From the NCBI GenBank assembly GCA_963748015.1, contig CAVVHE010000004.1:864001-928000 (forward strand): a stretch of 64,000 bases of DNA, in the 5' to 3' direction. The DNA is from Terriglobia bacterium (GTDB lineage: Bacteria > Acidobacteriota > Polarisedimenticolia > Polarisedimenticolales > JAIQFR01). The position numbers and the translations under genes were made by a program. The notes beneath the pieces are model-generated. The model was not told the origin of the DNA and searched no databases. It worked only from the letters and a program-made list of their open reading frames with translations. Shown here one piece after another: positions 1 to 9,099 of the stretch (the first letter of the stretch is position 1; each line of letters begins with the position of its first letter).

Positions 1-503
1 ACAGGCTGCTCCTCGATCTTCGCAACGTGTCGGACGGCGGCCCGAGGGACGTCCTGGGGCTCGTCGGCCTGTTCACGGGTGGCGACCTGCTCGTCCTCAA
101 GGACCGCGACGGGCGCGTCGTCGAGACGTTGCGCAGCGCGCTCGCCGGCGATGTCTGGCCCGGTCCCGTGGGTGCACTGGTGAACGGGGGGACCGCCGGC
201 GGCGCCGAGGCGTTCGCGCGGGTGCTGCAGTCGCGGCGGCAGGCGAGGCTCTACGGAGAGACGACCTACGGACTCGGCGCGGAGCCGAAGCTCTTCGAGC
301 TTCCTGACGGTTCGGGCCTCCTGGTGTCCGCGCTGCTGTGGGAGACCGCGAGCGGCCAGGGCTGGAACGGAGAAGGCATCGCGCCGGACAAGGTGATTCG
401 ACCCGACGTCAAGCCGGACGAGGCGGACGAGGAGCAGCTGAAGCGAGCCCTCGAGGAATTCTCCGCCGCGCAACCCGCCGAGCCGGCGCGGAAGGCGGCC
501 TGA
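1..503 (+). CDS. S41 (CtpA/Prc) peptidase-like protein, C-terminal part (5' end outside window); catalytic residues appear substituted
   Basis: Frame open from base 3: LLLDLRNVSDGG ... ALVNGGTAGGAEAF ... GETTYGLG ... GIAPD, matching S41A motifs DLRxNxGG, LVNxxSASASE, TFGKG, GIxPD. Confidence 0.8.
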   Translation, partial: RLLLDLRNVSDGGPRDVLGLVGLFTGGDLLVLKDRDGRVVETLRSALAGDVWPGPVGALVNGGTAGGAEAFARVLQSRRQARLYGETTYGLGAEPKLFELPDGSGLLVSALLWETASGQGWNGEGIAPDKVIRPDVKPDEADEEQLKRALEEFSAAQPAEPARKAA

Positions 504-546
504 TCGTCCGCGCTCGGCGGACGGGAAAGGCCGCTCCGGAAATCCC

Positions 547-2556
547 ATGATCTCCTCGATCCTGATTCTCGCCCTCGCGGGCGCGACCGAGCCGGCAGCG
601 CCTCCCGCTCCCGGCGTGCCTCCGGCGGTGATCTCGCCGGAGACGACGGCCTCGCGCGGAGACGCCTATTCCCACCTGATCAAGGCCCGCCTGGCCGCCG
701 GCCGCGGCGACGGGACCGAGGTTCTCGCGGAGGTCCGCGCGGCGGCCGCGCTCGTGCCGGGATCGGCGGCTCTCCGCGCGGAAGGCGCCTCGCTCCTGAT
801 GGCCCTCGGGCGCGGCTCCGACGCGGAAAAGCTCGCGCGGCAGGCGATCGAGATCGATCCGGGACAGACGGGGGCCCTCCGCGTGCTCGCGGACCTCGCG
901 TCCCGTCGCGCGATGTCGTCGGAGAACGACAGCGCATCCCGGGACGAGGCGCTGCGGCTCTTCGAGCAGCTCGCGCGCTCGCCCGATGCCGAGGACGACA
1001 TCTTTCCGGTGCTCGCGAGGCTCAGGCTGATGGCGGGCAACACCGCGGGAGCGGTCGAGGCGGCGCGCACGCTCGCTGCCCGGCGCCCGGGGGACGCCTC
1101 GGCGGCGCGCCTGCTGGCCCAGTACCTCGACCAGGCCGGGAAGAAGGCGGACGCGGTCCGCTCTCTCTGCGCCTTCCTCTCGGTCAACACGGATGCCGAG
1201 GAGCTGGTCTCCCTGCTGGGGGAACTCGCGCGCGAATCGGGGGAGTGGGAGGCCGTCGAGGCGGCGTGCACGAAGATGGTCGAGGCGTCTCCGGAGCGCC
1301 CCGCGGCGCGCGCCCTTCGCGGCGAGGCGCTCCTTCGTCTCGACCGCGGCCTCCTGGCGATGGCCGACCTCGAGAAGGTGCGAACCCTCGCTCCGGAGAA
1401 CCGCCTGGTGCTCTTCCAACTCGCCACGGCCTACGGCGATGTCGGGCGGCTGAACGATGCCGCGGGACTCTTGCGCGACCTCGCGCGGGACCTGCCGGAC
1501 CAGATCGGGGTGCGCCTCTTCCTGGGAGAGATCCTGTCGAGGCAGGGGGACTTCGACGGAGCCCTGGAGTCTTTCCGCGCCGGACTTCGGGCGATCCGGA
1601 GCGACGAGCCGGACGGCGCGGAGCGGCGCGACGCGGTTCGCCGCCGGATCGCCATCCTCTACCTCGGCGACTCCAAGGTGGACGAGGCCTCGAAGACCCT
1701 TTCGGCGCTCGAGAAGCCCGACGATCCGCCGTCGCTCGAGATCCGCGCGAGGGTCGCGCTCGCCGGGGGAAGGGCGGAGGACGCGCTGGCGCTTTGCCGC
1801 AAGCTGCGCGAGAAGGGCGACCCGGGTCTCGCCGCCGCGCTCGAGGGGGAAGCGTGGGTGCGCCTCGGGAAGCTCGACAAGGGCCGGGCGAGATTCGACG
1901 AGGCCGCCGGGATCCTCGGCTCGGGGGTCTGGGGACGCGCCGCGCAAACCCTCTCGAACGCATCGCAGGAGGAGGCCGCGGAGAAGCTCCTTCGCGCCTG
2001 GGCGAGGAAGGAGCCCGCGAGCGCCGCGGCGCGCTTCAACCTCGGCGCGTTCCTCGAGCGCAAGAAGGCCTACGAGGAAGCCGATGCGGAGCTCGCCGAG
2101 GCGATCCGCCTCGATCCCAAGGACGCGGTCGCGCTCAACTACCTCGGCTACAGCCTGGCCGACCGGGGACAGAGGCTCGACGACGCGCTCGGCTTCGTCA
2201 GGAGGGCGCTCGAGATCGATCCCTGGAACGCGGCGTACCTCGACTCTCTGGGTTGGGTTCTCTTCCGGCTGGGGCGGCCCGCCGAGGCTCGCGAACCCCT
2301 CGAGCGCGCCGCGGCGGAGTTCCCCCGGGACGCGACCGTGCTGGAGCATCTCGGCGATCTGTACGACCGGATCGGAGAGCGCGCACGGGCGGTGACGCTC
2401 TGGCGCCGCGCGCTGGACAGCGGCTCGACCAACGTGGAATCGCTGAACGCGAAGATCGCGCGAGCCGAAGCCCAGCCCGCCGCGAATTCTCCCCCCTCCC
2501 CGGGCGAGAATGCCGGACGCGGAATGCCTCCGGCCGCGCTCGCCGGCCCCCGGTGA
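547..2556 (+). CDS. Exported multi-TPR protein (LbcA/PA4667-like C-terminus)
   Basis: Hydrophobic N-terminal signal; many TPR helices; C-terminal ALNYLGYSLAD...YLDSLGWV...EHLGD. Confidence 0.85.
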   Translation: MISSILILALAGATEPAAPPAPGVPPAVISPETTASRGDAYSHLIKARLAAGRGDGTEVLAEVRAAAALVPGSAALRAEGASLLMALGRGSDAEKLARQAIEIDPGQTGALRVLADLASRRAMSSENDSASRDEALRLFEQLARSPDAEDDIFPVLARLRLMAGNTAGAVEAARTLAARRPGDASAARLLAQYLDQAGKKADAVRSLCAFLSVNTDAEELVSLLGELARESGEWEAVEAACTKMVEASPERPAARALRGEALLRLDRGLLAMADLEKVRTLAPENRLVLFQLATAYGDVGRLNDAAGLLRDLARDLPDQIGVRLFLGEILSRQGDFDGALESFRAGLRAIRSDEPDGAERRDAVRRRIAILYLGDSKVDEASKTLSALEKPDDPPSLEIRARVALAGGRAEDALALCRKLREKGDPGLAAALEGEAWVRLGKLDKGRARFDEAAGILGSGVWGRAAQTLSNASQEEAAEKLLRAWARKEPASAAARFNLGAFLERKKAYEEADAELAEAIRLDPKDAVALNYLGYSLADRGQRLDDALGFVRRALEIDPWNAAYLDSLGWVLFRLGRPAEAREPLERAAAEFPRDATVLEHLGDLYDRIGERARAVTLWRRALDSGSTNVESLNAKIARAEAQPAANSPPSPGENAGRGMPPAALAGPR

Positions 2557-3188
2557 AGACCGGCGCCGTCGCAGCGGCCGCGCTCGCGGCGACGGTCCTG
2601 GCCGTGACGGCCTGCCACGAGCGCCGCGCGGAGGTCGCGGCGGGGGACGCGACGGTCTCGATCGGGACCTACAAGGGAGTCGCCGACGGCGAGGACGGGA
2701 AATCCCGGCGATTCCGCTTGCTGCTGTGGGCCGAGTTGCCGGACCGTCTTCACGCGGAGTTCCTCGGCCCGGTGGGGGGACCGGAGATGATCGTCGACGG
2801 GGGGGGAGGGCGGCTCGCGATCACGCTGGTTCGGGATCGAACGTCTTACGTCGGCCCCGCGTCGCCCCGAGCGATCGAGGCCGTGACCGGCGTGGCGGTC
2901 CCCCTCGAGGTGCTCGTGCGCTGGATCGTCTCCGGACCCGCCGAGGTCCCCGCGGGGCTCGAGGTCACTCGCGACCCTCCGGACACTCCCGGCCTGCCGC
3001 TCAGTCTCGAGATCCACGACGGCGATCGAAAGGTGCGGATCGAAAGGCGCCGGCTCGAGGGGAGCGCCGCTCTCGCCGGCGGGACCGGCACCGGAACGCC
3101 CCCTCCGGGCGTCGAAACGCGGCCCCTCGAAGAGCTTCCCGCGGGAATACGAGCGGGAGGGCAGGACCACCCGCCGGAGGGGCCATGA
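2553..3188 (+). CDS. Lipoprotein, putative LolB-like
   Basis: GTG overlaps upstream TGA (GTGA); signal peptide ending LAVTAC; sits between TPR gene and ispE, where lolB sits in Proteobacteria. Confidence 0.6.
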   Translation: MKTGAVAAAALAATVLAVTACHERRAEVAAGDATVSIGTYKGVADGEDGKSRRFRLLLWAELPDRLHAEFLGPVGGPEMIVDGGGGRLAITLVRDRTSYVGPASPRAIEAVTGVAVPLEVLVRWIVSGPAEVPAGLEVTRDPPDTPGLPLSLEIHDGDRKVRIERRRLEGSAALAGGTGTGTPPPGVETRPLEELPAGIRAGGQDHPPEGP

Positions 3189-4090
3189 GCCGCCCCGAGC
3201 GGCGCGTCGGCGCGGCGTGCCCGGCGAAGGTGAACCTCGATCTCCGGGTGTTCGGGCGGCGGCCCGACGGCTACCACGACATTCACACGGTGTTCCAGGC
3301 GATCGACCTCAGCGACTCGCTGACCGTCGCTCCGGCGCGCGAGCTCTCGCTGCTCTGCGACGACCCCGGCCTCGCGTGCGATGCCTCGAACCTCGTGATG
3401 CGCGCCGCGCGGCTCCTCCAGGAACGAGCCCATGTCCGGGAGGGCGCGGCGATGAGCCTCTCGAAGCGGATCCCGATCGCGGGCGGGCTCGGGGGCGGCA
3501 GCTCGGACGCCGCGGGAGCGCTGCTCGCGCTTTCGGAGCTCTGGGGGCTCTCCCTGCCGCTCGAGGATCTTGCCCGGCTCGGCGCGAGGCTCGGGGCGGA
3601 TGTTCCTTTCTTCCTGCACGGCGGCACCGCGGAAGGAGGGGGCCGCGGTGACACGATCTCCCCGCTCCCCTTCGCGGGCCCCATTCGTCTTCTCCTCGGC
3701 ATCCCTCCGTTCGGGGTGTCGGCGGCCGACGCGTACTCGTGGGCCGACGATCATTTGACACCCGCCGAGAAGGATGTTAGCGTGAAGCGCTCGATCGCCG
3801 GTAAGTTACCGTCAGAAAACGACTTCCGCTGGGGTGTCAACGACCTCGAACGGGGCGTGTTCGAGAGGTGGCCCGGCCTTCGGGCATTCAGGGACGGGTT
3901 GCTCGGCGAAGGGGCCAGCGTGGCCCTGATGAGCGGGAGCGGCTCGACGGTGTTCGGGGTGTTCGATGATTCCGGCTCGCTGCGGAGAGCGGCTGAGAGC
4001 CTGGCGGTGTGCTACCCGGGATGGAGGCTCCTCCCGGCGCGCGCCGTCCCGGATGCGGCCCGAGTCGTGGCGGTCGGTGGGTCCTCTTGA
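3185..4090 (+). CDS. ispE: 4-diphosphocytidyl-2-C-methyl-D-erythritol kinase
   Basis: PAKVNLDL, DGYHDIHTVFQ, KRIPIAGGLGGGSSDAA, GADVPFF, MSGSGSTVF; ATGA overlap. Confidence 0.97.
   Translation: MSRPERRVGAACPAKVNLDLRVFGRRPDGYHDIHTVFQAIDLSDSLTVAPARELSLLCDDPGLACDASNLVMRAARLLQERAHVREGAAMSLSKRIPIAGGLGGGSSDAAGALLALSELWGLSLPLEDLARLGARLGADVPFFLHGGTAEGGGRGDTISPLPFAGPIRLLLGIPPFGVSAADAYSWADDHLTPAEKDVSVKRSIAGKLPSENDFRWGVNDLERGVFERWPGLRAFRDGLLGEGASVALMSGSGSTVFGVFDDSGSLRRAAESLAVCYPGWRLLPARAVPDAARVVAVGGSS
3755..3783 (+). promoter_or_regulatory. sigma70-type promoter inside ispE, likely driving spoVG-tRNA-prs
   Basis: TTGACA (3755-3760), 17 nt spacer, TAGCGT (3778-3783), extended -10 TG. Confidence 0.6.
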
Positions 4091-4115
4091 AGCCCGGTAG
4101 AAAGGAGCCTTCAGC

Positions 4116-4475
4116 ATGGAGATCACGGAGGTCCGTGTTTTCCCCGTGAACGAAGAGAAACTCAAGGCCTTCGCCTCGATCATATTCGACGACTGCTTCG
4201 TGGTCAGCGATATCAAGATCATCCAGGGCACCCAGGGGCTGTTCATCTCGATGCCGAGCAAGAAGCGGAAGAACGGCATGTTTCGCGACATCGCCCATCC
4301 CCTGAACACCGAGATGCGGACCAGGATCGAGGAACAGATCATCGAGAAGTACAAGGAGGTCCTGGCCCAGGCCGGCATGGATCTCCCCTCGGGGGTGAGG
4401 CTGCTCGGCAGCCGGAACCCCGGGGACGACGCAGGCTACGATCCGCTCGAGGAAGGGGGCGTCTCCTGGCCCTGA
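4116..4475 (+). CDS. spoVG: SpoVG family nucleic-acid-binding regulator
   Basis: MEITEVRV..KLKAFASIIFDDCFVVSDIKII..GLFISMPSKK..FRDIAHP; RBS AAGGAG. Confidence 0.95.
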   Translation: MEITEVRVFPVNEEKLKAFASIIFDDCFVVSDIKIIQGTQGLFISMPSKKRKNGMFRDIAHPLNTEMRTRIEEQIIEKYKEVLAQAGMDLPSGVRLLGSRNPGDDAGYDPLEEGGVSWP

Positions 4476-4493
4476 GGGTGGAGCGCTCCGCAC

Positions 4494-4568
4494 TGGGGCG
4501 TCGTCAAGTGGTAAGACACGGGTCTTTGGAACCCGCATTCGGAGGTTCGAATCCTCCCGCCCCAGCCA
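4494..4568 (+). tRNA. tRNA-Gln (UUG)
   Basis: Acceptor TGGGGCG/CGCCCCA, anticodon arm CGGGT-CTTTGGA-ACCCG, T arm GGTTCGAATCC, encoded CCA. Confidence 0.97.
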
Positions 4569-4599
4569 CGTCCGGAGCGGTGAGACGAGTGCCTGTGCG

Positions 4600-5541
4600 A
4601 TGAAGAGCGAGCTGAAAGTCTTCTCGGGGAACGGCAACCTGCGCCTGGCCCACGCGATCTGCGACTACCTGCGCATCCCGCTGGGGCAGCTGAGGCTCAC
4701 GCGCTTCAGCGACGGCGAGGTCTATTGCCAGGTGCTCGAGAACGTCCGCGGGACGGACGTCTTCGTGATCCAGCCGACCTGCAACCCCGTGAACGACAAC
4801 CTCATCGAGCTGCTCCTCGCGGTGGACGCGCTCAAGCGCTCCTCGGCCGCCCGGATCACGGCCGTCATTCCCTACTACGGCTACGCCCGGCAGGACCGCA
4901 AGGACAAGCCGCGCGTCCCGATCTCCGCGAAGCTGGTGGCGGATCTGCTGCAAGCCGCGGGAATCCAGCGGATCCTGGCGGTGGACCTGCACGCTCCCGC
5001 GATCCAGGGGTTCTTCGACGTGCCGGTGGACCACCTCCTCGCGGCGCCCGTGCTCCTCGACTGGATCGCGAGGGAACGGTTCGAGAACCTGACCATCGTC
5101 TCGCCCGACGCCGGCGGCGTGGAGCGCGCGAGGTTCTTCGCCAAGCGGCTCGGCGCCGCTCTCGCGATCATCGACAAGCGCCGGATCGAGGCGAACGTGG
5201 CGGAGACGATGCATGTCATCGGCGACGTGAGCGGGCGCAGCTGCGTGATCGTGGACGACATCGTCGATACCGCCGGGACGCTCACGGGCACCGTGCGCGC
5301 GCTCAAGGAGAAGGGGGCGTCCTCGATCACCGCGTGCTTCACGCACGCGGTGCTCTCGGGCCCGGCGATGCAGCGCCTCGCCACCCCCGATCTCGACCGG
5401 GTCGTCGTCACCGACACGATCCCGCTGTCCGAGGAGAAGGCCGCGGATCCGAAGATCGTCGTGCTCTCCGTCGCGAACCTCCTCGGGGAGGCGGTCGCGC
5501 GGATCCACGGGAACTCGTCGGTCAGCTCGCTGTTCGTCTGA
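4600..5541 (+). CDS. prs: Ribose-phosphate pyrophosphokinase
   Basis: FSDGE, PYYGYARQDRK, VSPDAGG, VDDIVDTAGT. Confidence 0.98.
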   Translation: MKSELKVFSGNGNLRLAHAICDYLRIPLGQLRLTRFSDGEVYCQVLENVRGTDVFVIQPTCNPVNDNLIELLLAVDALKRSSAARITAVIPYYGYARQDRKDKPRVPISAKLVADLLQAAGIQRILAVDLHAPAIQGFFDVPVDHLLAAPVLLDWIARERFENLTIVSPDAGGVERARFFAKRLGAALAIIDKRRIEANVAETMHVIGDVSGRSCVIVDDIVDTAGTLTGTVRALKEKGASSITACFTHAVLSGPAMQRLATPDLDRVVVTDTIPLSEEKAADPKIVVLSVANLLGEAVARIHGNSSVSSLFV

Positions 5542-5693
5542 AGGGTCGCATGCGCGGCCTTGCCGGGGAAAAGGGACCTGCCCGGCGAGGTCGATGCCGC
5601 CTAGCGCGGCGGAAAAACAACACGGTCCCGGACTGGAATGGCCTCGTCCGTCCCCGCAGGGCGCGGACGGTGCGGGGCGGATGAGAGCTAGCC

Positions 5694-6389
5694 ATGATCA
5701 AGAACATCGTCGTCGAGGCCGATTCCCGCGCCGAGCGCGGAAAAAACGAGAGCCGCCGTCTCCGCCGGGCCGGCAAGGTGCCCGGAGTCGTCTACGGAGC
5801 GGGGGATCCTCCGCTCACCGTGGGACTCAGCCCGCGCCGCATCGAGGAAGTGCTGCACCTCGAGACCGGCCGGAACACCATCTTCACCCTGACCCTCGCT
5901 GGCGAAAGCCAGAAGGGCGCCGTGATGATCAAGGATCTGCAGCGAGATCCGGTCAGCGACGCTCTGCTCCACATCGACCTCATCCGCGTGCAGCTCGACA
6001 AGGCTGTGAAGGTGAGCGTCCCGATCCGCCTCGTCGGGATACCCGAGGGCGTGAAGACGGATGGGGGCGTGGTCGAGTTCATGCACCGTGAGGTCGAGGT
6101 GGAGTGCCTGCCGGCCGACATCCCGGAGCACCTCGACGTGGACATCTCGGCCCTCGCGATCAACCAGCACGTGTCGGTGTCCGCGCTCACCGTGAGCGAC
6201 AGGGTGAAGATCCTCGACGATGTCGAGGCGATCATCGCGCTCGTCGTCCCGCCGCGGGCCGAAGAGGTGGTTGCACCCGTCGAGGGGGCGCCGGAGGCCG
6301 CGGCGGAGCCCGAGGTCATCAAGAAGGGGAAGGAGGCGGCCGGCCCGGCGGAAGCCGCCCCGAAGGAGAAGGGGGCGAAGGAAAAGTAG
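5694..6389 (+). CDS. rplY: 50S ribosomal protein L25/Ctc (long form)
   Basis: RRLRRAGKVPGVVYG, HIDL, GVKTDGG, CLPADIPE. Confidence 0.95.
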   Translation: MIKNIVVEADSRAERGKNESRRLRRAGKVPGVVYGAGDPPLTVGLSPRRIEEVLHLETGRNTIFTLTLAGESQKGAVMIKDLQRDPVSDALLHIDLIRVQLDKAVKVSVPIRLVGIPEGVKTDGGVVEFMHREVEVECLPADIPEHLDVDISALAINQHVSVSALTVSDRVKILDDVEAIIALVVPPRAEEVVAPVEGAPEAAAEPEVIKKGKEAAGPAEAAPKEKGAKEK

Positions 6390-6405
6390 CCTCCCCGAAG
6401 GCGCC

Positions 6406-7011
6406 TTGAAGATCGTCCTCGGCCTCGGCAACCCGGGCGCGCGTTACGCCCGGACACGGCACAACGTGGGTTTCCGCGTGCTCGACCTTCTGGCCGAGCG
6501 TGCGGGCGCCCCTTTCTCGAGAGCCGGCGACCTCGGCGCGCTCTGCTGGACCGCCGAGGCGGTTGTCGCCGGGGCCGAGGTGCTTCTCGCCAAGCCCCGG
6601 ACCTACATGAACCGCTCGGGCAGGGCGGGCGCCGCCCTGCTCGAGCGATGCGGTGCCGTCCCCGAGGACCTCCTCGTCGTTCACGACGACGCGGACATCC
6701 CCATCGGCCGGATCCGGATCCGGGGCGGGGGAAGCGCGGGGGGGCACAACGGCTTGCGCTCGCTGATCGCCGCCCTCAGGACGACCGAGTTCCCCCGAGT
6801 CCGCCTCGGCGTGAGGGGCGCCGCGCGAGAGGACGTGGATCTCGTCGAGTACGTGCTCGAAGCCTTCGAGGACGGCGAGCTGGTCGCCGCCGACGGGATG
6901 GTAGCCGCCGGGGCGGAAGCGGTGGCGGCCGTGATCGAGGGAGGCCTGGCGGCCGCGATGAACCGCTTCAACGGGATGAAGACCCTGGCCGATTCTTCCG
7001 GAGCATGCTAG
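6406..7011 (+). CDS. pth: Peptidyl-tRNA hydrolase
   Basis: GLGNPG..TRHNVGF, KPRTYMNRSG, VHDD, GGHNGLRS; TTG start inferred. Confidence 0.96.
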   Translation: MKIVLGLGNPGARYARTRHNVGFRVLDLLAERAGAPFSRAGDLGALCWTAEAVVAGAEVLLAKPRTYMNRSGRAGAALLERCGAVPEDLLVVHDDADIPIGRIRIRGGGSAGGHNGLRSLIAALRTTEFPRVRLGVRGAAREDVDLVEYVLEAFEDGELVAADGMVAAGAEAVAAVIEGGLAAAMNRFNGMKTLADSSGAC

Positions 7012-7059
7012 AGTTCGGCCTTTGTGGACCCACGATGGTGCGGGTCCCGGAGATCCGGC

Positions 7060-7107
7060 ACCCCTTGCTCCCGGCACGGACCGGGGGCGGTACGCCGTGA
7101 GGAGGTG
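7060..7107 (+). ncRNA. S6:S18 autoregulatory leader (putative)
   Basis: CCCCTTGC followed by hairpin GCTCCCGG/CCGGGGGC, small CGG-TACG-CCG stem and SD GAGGAGG directly before rpsF. Confidence 0.65.
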
Positions 7108-7113
7108 CGATTC

Positions 7114-7620
7114 GTGCCCACGTACGAGACTATCTTCATCACCCTGCCCACCCTCAGCGAGGACGAGGAGCGGACGGTCGTCGCACCCCTCTCGCAGCTC
7201 ATCGCCGACCGCGGCACCATGGCGGCGAACGAGCGGATCGGGCGGCGCAGGCTGGCCTACCCGATCAAGAAGTTCGAGGACGGCGTCTACACCCGGTTCC
7301 TCTACGACGCCGACCCTTCGCTGCCGAAGGAGCTCGAGAGGCGCCTCCGGATCTCCGACAAGGTCCTTCGCCAGCTGACCGTGCGGCTCGAGGAAGACTG
7401 GGCCGTGGCGGCCAAGGAGCAGGCGATCCGGGACGCGCTGGCCCGCGAGGAGGCCGAGGTAGCCCGGTTGGCGGCGGAAGCGGCGGGCATCGCTGCCGCC
7501 GCGGCCGGCGACACTCCGGTTCTCGGAGACGAGAGGACTCCTGCCGTCGCCGACGAGGACGAAGAGGAGACGGATCCGGCGCTCGAGGGCGAGGAGCCGG
7601 GAAACGACGACCGAGTTTGA
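7114..7620 (+). CDS. rpsF: 30S ribosomal protein S6 with long acidic tail
   Basis: YETIFI, GRRRLAYPIKK, ELERRLRISDKVLR; GTG after GAGGAGG. Confidence 0.95.
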   Translation: MPTYETIFITLPTLSEDEERTVVAPLSQLIADRGTMAANERIGRRRLAYPIKKFEDGVYTRFLYDADPSLPKELERRLRISDKVLRQLTVRLEEDWAVAAKEQAIRDALAREEAEVARLAAEAAGIAAAAAGDTPVLGDERTPAVADEDEEETDPALEGEEPGNDDRV

Positions 7621-7655
7621 TCGCGAGCTGCTGGTGAGCGTGGGAGAGCGGTGAC

Positions 7656-7955
7656 ATGAGCGAGATGCGAGACGGACCCCGGATGGGTGGCGAGGGCGGC
7701 GGACGCGGACGCCAACCGCGAAGCGGTGGGCGCCGACGGTTCCTGTTCCGCCGCCGGAAATACTGCAAGTTCTGCGAGGAGAAGTCCGCGTGGATCGACC
7801 ACAAGGACCTCCGCACTCTCCAGAACTACGTGCCCGAGCGCGCGAAGATCCTGCCTCGCAGGATCTCCGGGACGTGCTCGAAACACCAGCGCCAGCTGAT
7901 GCGGGCGATCAAGCGCGCGAGGAACATCGCCCTGTTGCCCTTCACGAGCGATTAG
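7656..7955 (+). CDS. rpsR: 30S ribosomal protein S18 (Zn-binding type)
   Basis: [38 protein letters not shown]. Confidence 0.97.
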   Translation: MSEMRDGPRMGGEGGGRGRQPRSGGRRRFLFRRRKYCKFCEEKSAWIDHKDLRTLQNYVPERAKILPRRISGTCSKHQRQLMRAIKRARNIALLPFTSD

Positions 7956-7974
7956 GGGCGGGGAGGAAGACGTC

Positions 7975-8424
7975 GTGAAGGTCGTTCTGAGACAGGACGT
8001 GGAGCACCTCGGCGAGCGGGGACAGATCGTGAACGTCTCTCCGGGCTTCGCCAGGAACTACCTGGTGCCGAAGAATCTGGCGATGGAGGCGACACCGGGC
8101 AACCTCCGCACGCTCGAGCTCCAGAAGAGGGGGTGGGTGGCCCGAGACGCGCGCGAGGTCGAGGATGCCCGCGCGTTCGCAGGCCGCCTGGAACGCACGC
8201 CGATCATCGTCACGAAGAAGGCGGGAGAGCACGACACGCTCTACGGGTCGGTGACGACCTCGGAGATCGCCGACCTGCTGGCCGCGAAGGGCATCGAGGT
8301 GGATCGGCGGAAGATCCAGATGGACGAGCCGATCAAGACGCTCGGGACGTTCGAGGTCCCCGTGAAGGTCCACCGCCAGGTCACGGCGAAGCTCACGGTC
8401 CAGGTCGTCAGCCAGGCAGAGTAG
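7975..8424 (+). CDS. rplI: 50S ribosomal protein L9
   Basis: MKVVLRQDV..LG..G..V.VSPGFARNYL, LYGSVT, PIKTLG. Confidence 0.97.
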   Translation: MKVVLRQDVEHLGERGQIVNVSPGFARNYLVPKNLAMEATPGNLRTLELQKRGWVARDAREVEDARAFAGRLERTPIIVTKKAGEHDTLYGSVTTSEIADLLAAKGIEVDRRKIQMDEPIKTLGTFEVPVKVHRQVTAKLTVQVVSQAE

Positions 8425-8431
8425 GAGCGCG

Positions 8432-8926
8432 ATGGCCATGGAGAGCCGACCGGACCCGGCTCCCGGGTTGGACCTCCGTACCGCAAGCGCGTCGAAGACC
8501 GCGCTGGCGCTCGTGAGCGGTTGGGTCGTCCCGGGGCTCGGGCACGTCGTGCTGGGACGAGTCCGGCGAGGCGTCCTGTTCTGCGTCATCGTCATGGGCT
8601 CGTTCGCTCTCGGCATGGCTCACGACGGGCGCTTGGCGCTGCGGGACGGACGCCAACCGTTCCTGACGCTGCTACAGGTCGCGGCGAATCTCGGCGTGGG
8701 CCCCTTCGACACCGTGGCCCGCCTAGCCGTCTACGGCGAGGCCGCCTACACGATGCCGCAGGACGACTCCGGAGCCGCCTACGAGTCCCGGGCGGTGCGC
8801 ATCTTCCGCGAGCGATCCAGGGCTGCGCTGTCGGCCTACGGGACGGCGTATCTCTGGACGGCCGGGCTGATGAACTTCCTTCTGCTGTTCGACGCGTGGG
8901 ACATCGCCCGGGGGAGGAAGAGCTGA
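8432..8926 (+). CDS. Membrane protein (DUF6677-like)
   Basis: WVVPGLGH..GR..RG N-terminal motif and YGT.Y...AGLMN.L...DA.D C-terminal motif; hydrophobic segments. Confidence 0.7.
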   Translation: MAMESRPDPAPGLDLRTASASKTALALVSGWVVPGLGHVVLGRVRRGVLFCVIVMGSFALGMAHDGRLALRDGRQPFLTLLQVAANLGVGPFDTVARLAVYGEAAYTMPQDDSGAAYESRAVRIFRERSRAALSAYGTAYLWTAGLMNFLLLFDAWDIARGRKS

Positions 8927-9099
8927 TGCCGAGCCACTTCCTCCACCTGCTGCTCTACTCGGCCCTCGTGGCCTCGTTCTTCGCTCTGCTCACGCGCAGG
9001 AGCCCGCGCGAGCGGGTCCGGCTGGCGGCGGTCATCTGGTCGTCCATGGTGCTCGGCACGCTCACCGTCGCCTACCTGATGTTCCCTTTCCCCCTTTGA
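8926..9099 (+). CDS. Small two-helix membrane protein (57 aa)
   Basis: ATG overlaps upstream TGA; MPSHFLHLLLYSALVASFFALL...AYLMFPFPL; fills the operon gap exactly. Confidence 0.7.
   Translation: MPSHFLHLLLYSALVASFFALLTRRSPRERVRLAAVIWSSMVLGTLTVAYLMFPFPL

Noticed and set aside
4494..4600. tRNA-Gln as an integration site
   Set aside because: No integrase, no duplicated tRNA 3' end seen, and conserved synteny continues into prs
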